A stretch of DNA of 64,000 nucleotides from an uncultured Lachnospiraceae bacterium (GCA_910578345.1 CAJTRA010000006.1:1382-65381), one strand, 5' to 3'; positions 42,214 to 51,291 are shown, counted from the stretch's first letter. Notes: a model not told the origin generated them from the letters alone. Translations and numbers: made by a program.

Positions 42214-43098
42214 ATGGCAAAGAAAAAGAGAGTGGATGAGAGCATGGAGCAGCAGGCTTACTGCTCGGCAAGATCATCCTGGTTTGCGTTTGGACTTTTG
42301 TGTGTATTGGCATTTGTTGCTCTGATTCCTTTGTTCTGGATCTTCATTTCCTCCTTTAAGGTAGATCAGGAAGTGATTCAGGCGGGCGGATTTTTGTATC
42401 TGCCTAAGACATGGACGCTGGATAATTTTAAGCAGCTATTGTCTGCTGACAACAAGCAGCTCCCTATTTATTATTGGTTTGTGAATTCTGTTATCGTGTC
42501 GGGAAGCCAGACGGTACTGGCAGTGCTGATCTATTCGCTGGCCGCCTACGCCTATGCGAAGCTGCATTTTAAGGGCAGGGATGTCATCTTCTATACGATT
42601 ATGTTCCTATGTTCTTTCCCGGCGATCACAAACATCATACCTATGTATAAGATGATGCATCTGTTTCACTGGCTGAACAAACCGATCGCACTGATCATAC
42701 CAGGACTGGCAGGAATATATAATATTTTCCTGATCCGCCAGTTTATGATGGCGATCCCGGATGTGATCCTGGAATCTGCCCGGATCGATGGGGCAAATGA
42801 GTTTCGGATCTACAGACAGATCGTGCTGCCAAGTTGTAAGCCGATTTTGATCGCAGTAGGGTTGTTTACCTTTACGGGAAGCTGGAATGATTTCCTCTGG
42901 CCGTCCATTGCGATCAACAATCTGGACAGACTGACATTGACGGCAGGCCTGCAGCTTGCCAAGGGCGTGTATGCCAACAAGGTGCCGCAGATGAGCGCTA
43001 TTGCTACAGTTGCTATCGTGCCGATGATCGTACTATATCTTTTTACACAGAAATACTTTGTGAAAGGTATTTCACTTTCTTCTGGCGTTAAAGGATGA
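42214..43098 (+). CDS. Sugar ABC permease
   Basis: ESARIDGA, WNDFLWP, C-terminal GVKG. Confidence 0.92.
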   Translation: MAKKKRVDESMEQQAYCSARSSWFAFGLLCVLAFVALIPLFWIFISSFKVDQEVIQAGGFLYLPKTWTLDNFKQLLSADNKQLPIYYWFVNSVIVSGSQTVLAVLIYSLAAYAYAKLHFKGRDVIFYTIMFLCSFPAITNIIPMYKMMHLFHWLNKPIALIIPGLAGIYNIFLIRQFMMAIPDVILESARIDGANEFRIYRQIVLPSCKPILIAVGLFTFTGSWNDFLWPSIAINNLDRLTLTAGLQLAKGVYANKVPQMSAIATVAIVPMIVLYLFTQKYFVKGISLSSGVKG

Positions 43099-43149
43099 TC
43101 GCGGAACAGGGAATGATAGATTAATTTATGGAAAGACGAGGAAGGAAAT

Positions 43150-44892
43150 ATGCAGACAGACAATCATAAGACAGTTCCAAGAGGAGAATACCCCAGACCG
43201 CAGTTTGTGAGAGACTCCTGGATGAGTTTAAATGGAGAATGGGATTTCTCCTTTGAGACGGACAGTTTCGACCAGAAGATTATAGTGCCCTATGTATACC
43301 AATCCAAACGCTCCGGTATCGGTAGCAATGAGGAATGCGATGTGATCTGGTATCGAAGGAACTTTGTTCTGCCGGAAGATATGCAGGGGAAACGGATTCT
43401 GCTCCATTTTGGGGCGGTTGATTATTCCTGCCGGGTGTGGGTGAACGATCATTTCATGATGTTCCATGAGGGCGGTCATGTCGGATTCGAGATGGAGATC
43501 ACGGAAGCTCTGAAAGCCGGAGAGAATACGGTCGTAGTCAGAGTAGAAGACAGAGTCAAAGATCTGGAAATGCCGAGAGGCAAGCAGTTCTGGAAGACTG
43601 AGAGCGAAGGTATTTTCTATACCCGCAGCACGGGAATCTGGCAGAGTGTATGGCTGGAAGCAGTGGGAGAAGGCTATCTGGATCATGTACATATCACGCC
43701 GGATCTGGATCATATGAAAGCGGAATTCCAGTATGAGATCAATGGCGTGGTGAAAGCGCAGCTTAAGACGAGGATCAGCTTTGAGGGATGTGAACTGGCG
43801 GCGCTGACAGTAGATACGGAGCGCGGTGAGGGCAGTTTCTCCGTGATGTTGGACCAGCAGCTTCTTCGGAACTGGAATTTCCAGGAGGATCTTGCATGGA
43901 CGCCGGAGAACCCCAGATTGTTTGATGTGGTATTTACATTATCAGTGGACGGGAAGGTAGTGGATGAGGTTACTTCCTATTTTGGTATGAGGAAGATCTC
44001 TGTTGAGAATGGCAGATTCCTTCTGAACAACCGCCCTTATTTCCAGAAGCTTCTGCTGGATCAGGGATACTGGAGAGAATCTCTGCTCACAGCGCCGGAA
44101 GATGAGGATTTTGTAAAAGATATTGAACTGGCGAAATCTATGGGATTTAATGGAGTGCGCAAGCACCAGAAGATAGAAGATCCAAGATTTTTATATCATG
44201 CCGACCGGTTAGGATTTCTTGTATGGGGAGAGATCGCGGCAGCCTACGTATATTCCAGAAAGTATGTGCAGCGGATCACGAAGGAATGGATGGCGGAGAT
44301 TATCAGGGATTACAATCATCCCTGTATCGTGGCATGGACGCCTTTGAATGAGTCCTGGGGCGTGCCGAATATCAAAGACAATGTAGAGCAGCAGAGTCAT
44401 TCTGCGGCGATGATCTATTTGACGAAATCTCTGGATACTACCAGACCGGTTATTTCCAATGACGGCTGGGAGCATACCTGTACGGACCTTCTCACCATTC
44501 ATGATTATGAGTGGAAGCGGGAAGTATTGGAGAAGCGTTACAATTCTCTGGAAAATATTCTGCAGTTGTGCGCGGCGGGGCGTCCGCTGTTTGCTAATGG
44601 CTGGGAATATGAGGGACAGCCGATCTTAGTGACGGAGTTTGGCGGGATTTCCTACCAGAAGGGAGAATCTGCGGGCTGGGGTTATTCTAATGCAGAGTCG
44701 GATGAGGATTTTGCGAAGCGCTACAACGATGTGATCGCACCGCTTCTTGATTCCCCTTATGTACAGGGATTCTGTTATACGGAACTGACTGACGTGGAAC
44801 AGGAGATCAATGGACTGCTGACCTATGACAGGGAGCCGAAGATTTCTGTGGATATCATTCGCGAGATCAATGAAGGGAAGTGGCAGGGGTAA
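43150..44892 (+). CDS. Glycoside hydrolase family 2
   Basis: YPRPQF, LHFGAVDY, GIWQSVWLE, LLDQGYW, NESWG (acid/base), TEFGG (nucleophile). Confidence 0.92.
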   Translation: MQTDNHKTVPRGEYPRPQFVRDSWMSLNGEWDFSFETDSFDQKIIVPYVYQSKRSGIGSNEECDVIWYRRNFVLPEDMQGKRILLHFGAVDYSCRVWVNDHFMMFHEGGHVGFEMEITEALKAGENTVVVRVEDRVKDLEMPRGKQFWKTESEGIFYTRSTGIWQSVWLEAVGEGYLDHVHITPDLDHMKAEFQYEINGVVKAQLKTRISFEGCELAALTVDTERGEGSFSVMLDQQLLRNWNFQEDLAWTPENPRLFDVVFTLSVDGKVVDEVTSYFGMRKISVENGRFLLNNRPYFQKLLLDQGYWRESLLTAPEDEDFVKDIELAKSMGFNGVRKHQKIEDPRFLYHADRLGFLVWGEIAAAYVYSRKYVQRITKEWMAEIIRDYNHPCIVAWTPLNESWGVPNIKDNVEQQSHSAAMIYLTKSLDTTRPVISNDGWEHTCTDLLTIHDYEWKREVLEKRYNSLENILQLCAAGRPLFANGWEYEGQPILVTEFGGISYQKGESAGWGYSNAESDEDFAKRYNDVIAPLLDSPYVQGFCYTELTDVEQEINGLLTYDREPKISVDIIREINEGKWQG

Positions 44893-44901
44893 GGTGGACA
44901 A

Positions 44902-45927
44902 ATGAGAGCATACAGAATTGACATCCTGAAAGGGATCTTGACGATTCAGATGATCTTAGCTCATTGCATCCAATTCTATGTAGATATGGAGAGAGACCGA
45001 GCAGCCTTTCATGTATCAGAGTATATCAATTTGACGACTTTTTCTGGATTTTTCTTTTGCTTCGGTTATGCGTCCTGCCTTGCTTATTTTAATAAGGAAT
45101 GGCGGGACGCCGCCGGACGGCTTATGAAAAATGCACTGCGTTTATTGATGGGATTCTATCTGTCCAGTTTTTGTTACGTGATCTTTGTAGAGAGGATGCC
45201 GTTACGAATGGATCTGGTCATAGAGCTTCTATTATTTCGGCGTCTGGGGAAATGGTCGGAGTTTTTATTTAGTTTTGCGCTTGTTATGGTGTTGGAATGT
45301 GTTCTTTTTCCGTTGTTTACAGCAAAGTACAACAGGAGTCTGCTGGCCATGGCAGCGATATCGATTCTTACCTGCCTGCTCTCGTACCGGGAAGTAGGCA
45401 GTATTCCTGTCAAAGATGGAAGTATGGCCTTCGTGGTCGGGAGTCTGGCAGGCGGTGTGAACGGATCTTACTTTCCGGTCATTCCCTACAGCCTGTATCT
45501 TGTCGCCGGAATCTATTTTGCAAGGAAACAGATTGGTTTTCAAAAATTGTTTATGGCTATTGCCTGCGCCGGAACTCTGTGGCATACTATTGATTATGTT
45601 TGGATTTCCGGGCAGCAGCCGTCCCGGTTTCCACTGTCTGTTTCTTACCTGATCGGCGCGGCACTTTATGTGTATCTGTATTATCTGCTGGCAATAGCGT
45701 TGGAGAGGAGAGAGTCGGCGTTACCGGTCCGTTACCTGGTGGCAGTTGGGAAGAATAGTTTATTTTATCTGCTTTTCAGCAACCTGATCATCTTTGCGGT
45801 CACGGCGACGAAGTTTTATAAGAAACAGATGAACTACAGTGTTGGGCTGTTTGTGGTAATCCTGCTGGTGATCTGGTATCTGCAGGGACTGTGCAGAGGG
45901 AAAACATTGCGGCAGGGAAAGAACTGA
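44902..45927 (+). CDS. Multi-TM acyltransferase-like protein (DUF1624/OpgC/AT3 clan)
   Basis: N-terminal RIDILKG....MILAH motif, about 10 TM, late GKNSL motif. Confidence 0.6.
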   Translation: MRAYRIDILKGILTIQMILAHCIQFYVDMERDRAAFHVSEYINLTTFSGFFFCFGYASCLAYFNKEWRDAAGRLMKNALRLLMGFYLSSFCYVIFVERMPLRMDLVIELLLFRRLGKWSEFLFSFALVMVLECVLFPLFTAKYNRSLLAMAAISILTCLLSYREVGSIPVKDGSMAFVVGSLAGGVNGSYFPVIPYSLYLVAGIYFARKQIGFQKLFMAIACAGTLWHTIDYVWISGQQPSRFPLSVSYLIGAALYVYLYYLLAIALERRESALPVRYLVAVGKNSLFYLLFSNLIIFAVTATKFYKKQMNYSVGLFVVILLVIWYLQGLCRGKTLRQGKN

Positions 45928-45956
45928 GAGAAACAAAAAGAGAAGTGAGGAGTGAC

Positions 45957-46880
45957 ATGGCGAAACCACTGTCGTTGGATCTGTCGGACGGGCAGGAATT
46001 GTGTAATGTTGGAAAGGCTTTATCTTCACAGGTACGGCTGGATATTTTAAAGCTGCTCTATACGGAAAGCCTGAGTATTGTAGAGATTTCGGAGAAACTC
46101 AGCATTGCGCCTTCCAGCGCGGCTCTGCATGTTAAGATGCTTGAGACTGCGGAGTTAATCAATGCAGAAGTACAGCCAGGCACCAGAGGCGCTGTGAAAC
46201 TTTGCAGCCGGAAGAAAGATGTGATCAATATTGATCTGACGGATGTGGCGCAGTATGTCAATGATGTGGATACAGTGGATATGCCGGTGGGTGCCTACTC
46301 GGTATGTGAAGCCAGGCCGACCTGCGGCATTGCTGATGAGAATGGGATCATTGGGAATGAAGATACGATAGCATGCTTCTATATGCCGGAACGTTTGAGA
46401 GCACAGCTTCTTTGGAGCGCCGGAGGGTATGTGGAGTACCGGTTTCCTAACAAGCTGCCGAAACACGCGCTTCTCAAGAGCATCAGCTTCTCGATGGAGA
46501 TCTGTTCGGAGGTGGCGAACTACAGGGAAGACTGGAAGTCGGAGATCACAGTGTGGATCAATGGCATAGAGTGTGGTACGTTTCTGTCGCCGGGGGATTT
46601 CGGTGCAAGGCGCGGACGTTATACGCCTAAAGTATGGGAATCCGGCAGCAGCCAGTATGGCCTGCTGGTCAGCTGGAGTGTCCGCCAGAACGGATGCTAC
46701 ATCAATGAGGAGCGGGTAGGAGATGTGACGGTGGACGAATTGGGCCTTAAGAGCAATGGAGTCGTCGTACTGCGCATCGGGAATAAGGAGGATGCACAGT
46801 ATATAGGCGGATTCAATATTTTTGGGGAAAAGTATGGAGATTATCCGCAGAATATCATTATGAATCTGGAATATAAATGA
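45957..46880 (+). CDS. ArsR-type HTH regulator with large C-terminal domain (COG4189-like)
   Basis: KALSS.VRLDIL...HVKMLE.AELI HTH, then PTCG, SFSMEICSE, SPGDFG.RRG..TP..W, GGFNIFG. Start at ATG 45957. Confidence 0.82.
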   Translation: MAKPLSLDLSDGQELCNVGKALSSQVRLDILKLLYTESLSIVEISEKLSIAPSSAALHVKMLETAELINAEVQPGTRGAVKLCSRKKDVINIDLTDVAQYVNDVDTVDMPVGAYSVCEARPTCGIADENGIIGNEDTIACFYMPERLRAQLLWSAGGYVEYRFPNKLPKHALLKSISFSMEICSEVANYREDWKSEITVWINGIECGTFLSPGDFGARRGRYTPKVWESGSSQYGLLVSWSVRQNGCYINEERVGDVTVDELGLKSNGVVVLRIGNKEDAQYIGGFNIFGEKYGDYPQNIIMNLEYK

Positions 46881-46900
46881 GAAGTGGAAATAAGATGATA

Positions 46901-46939
46901 GAAGGACAGGACAGAGGATATCTTTGGCCTGTTCTTTTT
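46901..46939 (+). terminator. Probable intrinsic terminator
   Basis: GAAGGACAGGACAGAGGA-TA-TCTTTGGCCTGTTCTTTTT. Confidence 0.6.
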
Positions 46940-47161
46940 CATATCATACGAAAGTACATCCTAGGAGTTTCTGTCTGGCATAATAGGACAGACAGCGCAT
47001 AACCGGAGTACCGACGCAACAGGAGGCCGAGGGATGAACGGTAACGTCTGGAGGCAGAAATTTCGGTACGTCGATAGATTATTCATGGGATCTGTGTTAA
47101 GATAGAATTGATAGTAAACGACAGAAGAGAAAGTAATCATAGGAGAAAAGGGGAAGCACAG

Positions 47162-48847
47162 ATGAATGTGATCATTCCGATGACAGGATATGGTTCCAGG
47201 TTCGTGGCGGCAGGCTATGAAGAGCTGAAGCCATTTATTAAAGTGATGGGCAGACCGGTGATCGAGTGGATCGTGAAGGATATGTATCCGGCGGAGGTCA
47301 ATTACATATTTATCTGCCGCGGGGAGCATCTGAGAGAAGATCCTTCCATGCGGGAGAGGCTGTCTATGCTTGCACCGGAGGCGAAGATTGTATCGATAGA
47401 GGATTGGGTTAAGAAAGGCCCGGTTTATGACGTACTGCGCGGCTATCGGGAACTGCTTGAGCAGAATGCCATAGATGCGCAGGAGGCTTGTATTATTAAT
47501 TATTGTGATTTCTATATGCATTGGGACTATAAGGCTTTTGCCGCGCAGGCGGCGGCTCGTGACTGTGATGGTGCGGTGCCCTGCTATTCAGGATTTCACC
47601 CTAATTTACTGCCGGAGAAGAACTATTATGCTTCCTGCCTGACAGACGGGGAGGATAATCTCATAGAGATCCGGGAGAAGTATTCTTTTGAAAAGGACAA
47701 AATGCAGGCGAAACATTCTCCGGGCGTATATTATTTCAAAAGCGGCATGATCATGGAGAAATACTGCCAGATTTTGACGGAGCATGAAGAATGTGCTATC
47801 CGTGGAGAATATTATGTATCCCTGCCCTATAATTTCATGGTGCGGGATGGTTTGAAAGTCTGGGTTCCGGTCAATGTAGAATATTTCTGTCAGTGGGGAA
47901 CCCCGGAGGATATGGAGGAATTCGTCTATTGGACGGATCTGGTGCGTCAGGCCGAACATGGATCAGGCGCGGCAGGTTTGGAGAAGGCAAGGGAAAAGGA
48001 GCGGGAAGTATCCGCCTGTCCGGAGGAAGAAGCGAAGCGAGGCCGGATTCTGATTCCGATGGCGGGAGCGGGCCAGCGGTTTGCAGATGCGGGATATACC
48101 GTACATAAACCGGCGATCATGACGGTAGACAGGAAGACGGGATCAGAAAAGCCGATGGTGGTCTGTGCCACGAAAGATCTGCCGGGAGTGACAGCGGATG
48201 GAAGGAATGTGATCTATGTAGACAGGACTTTTCACAGGACAGACGGGGTGGAAGATGCGATTCGCGAGTACTATCCACAGGCAGTCTTTCTTACAGTGGA
48301 CCATCTGACAGAAGGACAGGCCTGTACCTGCATGTTAGCCGAGCCATATTTGAATCCGGAAGAACCACTGCTGATCGCGGGATGCGATAACGGTATGGAT
48401 ATTGATTGCAAAACATTTGAAGCATTGACACAGGAGTGCGACTGTATTGTCTTCACTTACAGGCATAATGAGACGGTATTGGCGAATCCGAATGCCTATG
48501 GCTGGATGATCACGGATGAAAACGGAGAGATTACAGGTACATCGATCAAGAAAGCAATCTCCGATACGCCCATGGAAGATCCGGCAGTGGTGGCCACTTT
48601 CTGGTTCAGGAGAGCGGAGATATTCTTAGAGGCGACGAAGAAGATGATTGCAGAGAATGACCGCATCAACCAGGAGTTCTATGTAGATCAGACGGTGAAA
48701 CACGTGTTAGATTTGGGGTATCGGGCTAGAATATTTGATATTGACCGGTATGTGGGCTGGGGAACGCCGGCAGATTACGAGGCCTATCAAAAGACATGGC
48801 ATTATTTTGCCGCTTTTGTGGAGAAATACAGGAATGTCGTTCGCTGA
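47162..48847 (+). CDS. Tandem (two-domain) sugar-phosphate nucleotidyltransferase-like protein
   Basis: Domain 1: IIPMTGYGSRF...LKPFI, YCD, WGTPED. Domain 2: LIPMAGAGQRF...HKPAI, TEGQACT, GCD, EFYVD, WGTPAD. Charged linker between them. Confidence 0.85.
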   Translation: MNVIIPMTGYGSRFVAAGYEELKPFIKVMGRPVIEWIVKDMYPAEVNYIFICRGEHLREDPSMRERLSMLAPEAKIVSIEDWVKKGPVYDVLRGYRELLEQNAIDAQEACIINYCDFYMHWDYKAFAAQAAARDCDGAVPCYSGFHPNLLPEKNYYASCLTDGEDNLIEIREKYSFEKDKMQAKHSPGVYYFKSGMIMEKYCQILTEHEECAIRGEYYVSLPYNFMVRDGLKVWVPVNVEYFCQWGTPEDMEEFVYWTDLVRQAEHGSGAAGLEKAREKEREVSACPEEEAKRGRILIPMAGAGQRFADAGYTVHKPAIMTVDRKTGSEKPMVVCATKDLPGVTADGRNVIYVDRTFHRTDGVEDAIREYYPQAVFLTVDHLTEGQACTCMLAEPYLNPEEPLLIAGCDNGMDIDCKTFEALTQECDCIVFTYRHNETVLANPNAYGWMITDENGEITGTSIKKAISDTPMEDPAVVATFWFRRAEIFLEATKKMIAENDRINQEFYVDQTVKHVLDLGYRARIFDIDRYVGWGTPADYEAYQKTWHYFAAFVEKYRNVVR

Positions 48848-48925
48848 TCACTTTGCTTTTCCGGGCAGGATTTTCTGCCGGGATTGGTTGTGTTATGTTA
48901 TCTCATGGAAAGGTTTTACGGATTC

Positions 48926-51094
48926 ATGTTACAAAGATTAAAGGCTTTGGACTTTGAGAAGAATTACAACAAGCTGTTAAAGGCGGCCATTGTGATGACC
49001 GTCTTATTTAAGCTACTGTTGATGGGCCTTTTTTCGTCAGATTATCAGGATCTGATGTTTCTTCCTTTCGTGCAGTGTTTTCTGGAGGGCAGGAATCCGT
49101 ATCAATATTATTATGATAATCATCTGCTCTCTTCCTTTCCCTATCCGCCAGTGATGCTGTTTCTGGAGAGTATTGGAGGGATTCTGACAGCGCTGTGCGG
49201 GACGTGTCCACTCTTTTTCCAGAATCTGCTCTTCAAACTGCCAATGCTGGCGATGGATCTGATCGGGCTGTATTATCTGATGCACATTTCTAAATCGCGG
49301 CGTAAATATATATTGGTTTTGTATTTTATGTCTCCGATCATTCTGTATGCGGGGTATATGCATGGACAGCTGGATCTGATCCCCACGGTGTTTTTGATCG
49401 GTGCGATCTATTATCTGACTAGGAACGGCGCACCAGCGGCAGACAGGGACAGGGAATCTGCCGGCGGTCATAGGGGAGTGCGGTTTCTGCAGTCTGGGAA
49501 GACGACAGGGAATGAATGGAAGTATATGCTGTTTTTGACCTTGTCTCTGGCTTCCAAATTCCATATTGCGGCAGTCCTGCCTTTGTTTTTCCTCTATATC
49601 TATAAGAAAAAGGGTTTCGGAAAGTCCGTCGTCATGATCGCGGTTCCTGTTATGCTGACTGCACTGATTGTTGCGCCGTTCTGGGGGAGCGGGTTTATTC
49701 ATATGGTGCTGCTCAACAAAGAGCAGAGCGCCATCGATAATGTGTATATTCCATATGGAAGCGCGCATTTGCTTTTGTCAGTATTGGTACTGCTCTTCAT
49801 CTACTTCCAGGCATTTCATATTAACCAGATGAACCGGGATCTTCTGATCAGCATGGCAGGTCTTCTGTTTTCTGTCTTTCTGGCATTTGTGCCGGCGATG
49901 CCGGGATGGTATATCTGGGTCGTTCCTTTCTTTATGCTTTATTTTGCGGGTCTTATGGAGAATCGAGGGAAGATGGTCATAGTTTATGGCGTCTTTCATA
50001 TTCTCTATCTGATCTATTATATATGCTTCCATAGGACGCAGTTTACGGATCTGTCTTTTCTGGGCAAAGACCTGAACAGCTTGAAATATATGGATGAGAG
50101 TATGGAAAATATTGTTTTTACCCTGATGGTGGGTGTTTTCCTGATTCTGGTATTTTCTATGTACCTGTATGGAGTCAACAGTAATTCCTTTTATCGCAGG
50201 CGGAGCCGTCCTTTTACGATCGGGATCGCCGGGGACAGCGGGGCGGGCAAGAGCAGGCTGCTTATGATGTTGGGGGAATTGCTTTCTGAGGATCATATTC
50301 TGAATATAGAGGGGGACGGCGACCATAGGTGGGAGCGCGGGGATGCGAATTGGAAAGCGATGACCCACTTAAACCCGCAGGCGAATTATCTGTACAGACA
50401 GGCAGAAGATCTGCGCATACTGCGCGGGAATAATGCGGTAAAGAGAGCGGAATATGATCATAGGACGGGTACGTTTACTGCCAAGAAGAAGTTGTCGCCA
50501 AAGCCCTATATCATTATGTGTGGTCTGCATTCCCTGTATCTGCCGCAGATGAGACAAGTGCTGGATATGAAGATTTATCTGGACACAGAGGAGGCTCTGC
50601 GGTGTTATTGGAAGCAGCAAAGAGACCAGGATAACAGAGGTCATGGCCGAGAGGAAGTGATGGCGCAGATCGAAAAGCGCCGGGCAGATGCGGAGAAATA
50701 TATCTATCCTCAGCGGCAGTATGCCGACCTTGTGATCCGGTATTTTGATGAGGGACTATCGAAGGATGGAAGCAGAATAGACCATTCCGGGGAGGCTGCG
50801 TTAGGGGTGGAATTTGTGATGGATGTTCGGATCAATGTGGAACCGATTCTGGTGCTTATGCAGGAACATGGCGTGCACAGCCGCCTTACCTATGATGGTC
50901 TGCAGCAACAGAGAATTCTGTTTCAGGCGGCTGACCTGAAGGTGGATAAGCGGGTTTGGGAGGAGACTGCGCACACGGCGATTGTACAGATCGAGGATCT
51001 GACAGGTGGCCAGATTGTCTGGGAAGATGGAGCAGGCGGGGTGGTACAGTTGATGCTGATGGTGGTGATCGGGGAGATCATGCAGTGGACATAA
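48926..51094 (+). CDS. GT-C-like polytopic membrane protein fused to a C-terminal phosphoribulokinase-like P-loop kinase
   Basis: N-terminal part about 11-12 TM with SSDY, NPY, FPYPP, FKLP..DL, SP...GQLD (PIG-M/GT87-like pattern). C-terminal part GIAGDSGAGKS, LNPQAN, YDHRTGTF, GLHSLY, WKQQRD..RGH, KYIYPQRQYADLVI. Start 48884, 48905 or 48926. Confidence 0.8.
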   Translation: MLQRLKALDFEKNYNKLLKAAIVMTVLFKLLLMGLFSSDYQDLMFLPFVQCFLEGRNPYQYYYDNHLLSSFPYPPVMLFLESIGGILTALCGTCPLFFQNLLFKLPMLAMDLIGLYYLMHISKSRRKYILVLYFMSPIILYAGYMHGQLDLIPTVFLIGAIYYLTRNGAPAADRDRESAGGHRGVRFLQSGKTTGNEWKYMLFLTLSLASKFHIAAVLPLFFLYIYKKKGFGKSVVMIAVPVMLTALIVAPFWGSGFIHMVLLNKEQSAIDNVYIPYGSAHLLLSVLVLLFIYFQAFHINQMNRDLLISMAGLLFSVFLAFVPAMPGWYIWVVPFFMLYFAGLMENRGKMVIVYGVFHILYLIYYICFHRTQFTDLSFLGKDLNSLKYMDESMENIVFTLMVGVFLILVFSMYLYGVNSNSFYRRRSRPFTIGIAGDSGAGKSRLLMMLGELLSEDHILNIEGDGDHRWERGDANWKAMTHLNPQANYLYRQAEDLRILRGNNAVKRAEYDHRTGTFTAKKKLSPKPYIIMCGLHSLYLPQMRQVLDMKIYLDTEEALRCYWKQQRDQDNRGHGREEVMAQIEKRRADAEKYIYPQRQYADLVIRYFDEGLSKDGSRIDHSGEAALGVEFVMDVRINVEPILVLMQEHGVHSRLTYDGLQQQRILFQAADLKVDKRVWEETAHTAIVQIEDLTGGQIVWEDGAGGVVQLMLMVVIGEIMQWT

Positions 51095-51097
51095 AGA

Positions 51098-51186
51098 GGA
51101 CATGAAGTTATGCTAAGGCTGTAAAGAACACAGCCTAAGAATAACTAAGTCATGTCCGGAAGAATGCGAGGGACGTGCATTCTTCC
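51098..51186 (+). repeat. Two-hairpin structured element, copy 2
   Basis: GGACATGA/TCATGTCC closing stem of a bulged hairpin, then GGAAGAATGC/GCATTCTTCC hairpin. Homologous to 33398-33485. Confidence 0.8.
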
Positions 51187-51291
51187 TTGTGGTGGTGAGG
51201 GTAGGAGTGAAGTGAGGAAAGTGGAGAGGGATATGCATTCTATTCTGTGGCGGTGAGAATAGGAGTGAAGTAAGGGAAGCGGAGAAGTAGG
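51176..51291 (+). repeat. Degenerate 58-bp purine-rich tandem repeat (2 copies)
   Basis: TGCATTCT...TGTGG(T/C)GGTGAG..TAGGAGTGAAGT..G..AG(T/C)GGAGA starting at 51176 and 51234. Confidence 0.75.

Noticed and set aside
50210..51094. PRK-like domain as evidence for Calvin-cycle carbon fixation
   Set aside because: No RuBisCO or other cbb genes are in the window, and the domain is fused to a membrane protein in a glycosylation context.
51176..51291. Possible mini-CRISPR array
   Set aside because: Only two degenerate contiguous units, with no unique spacers and no cas genes.
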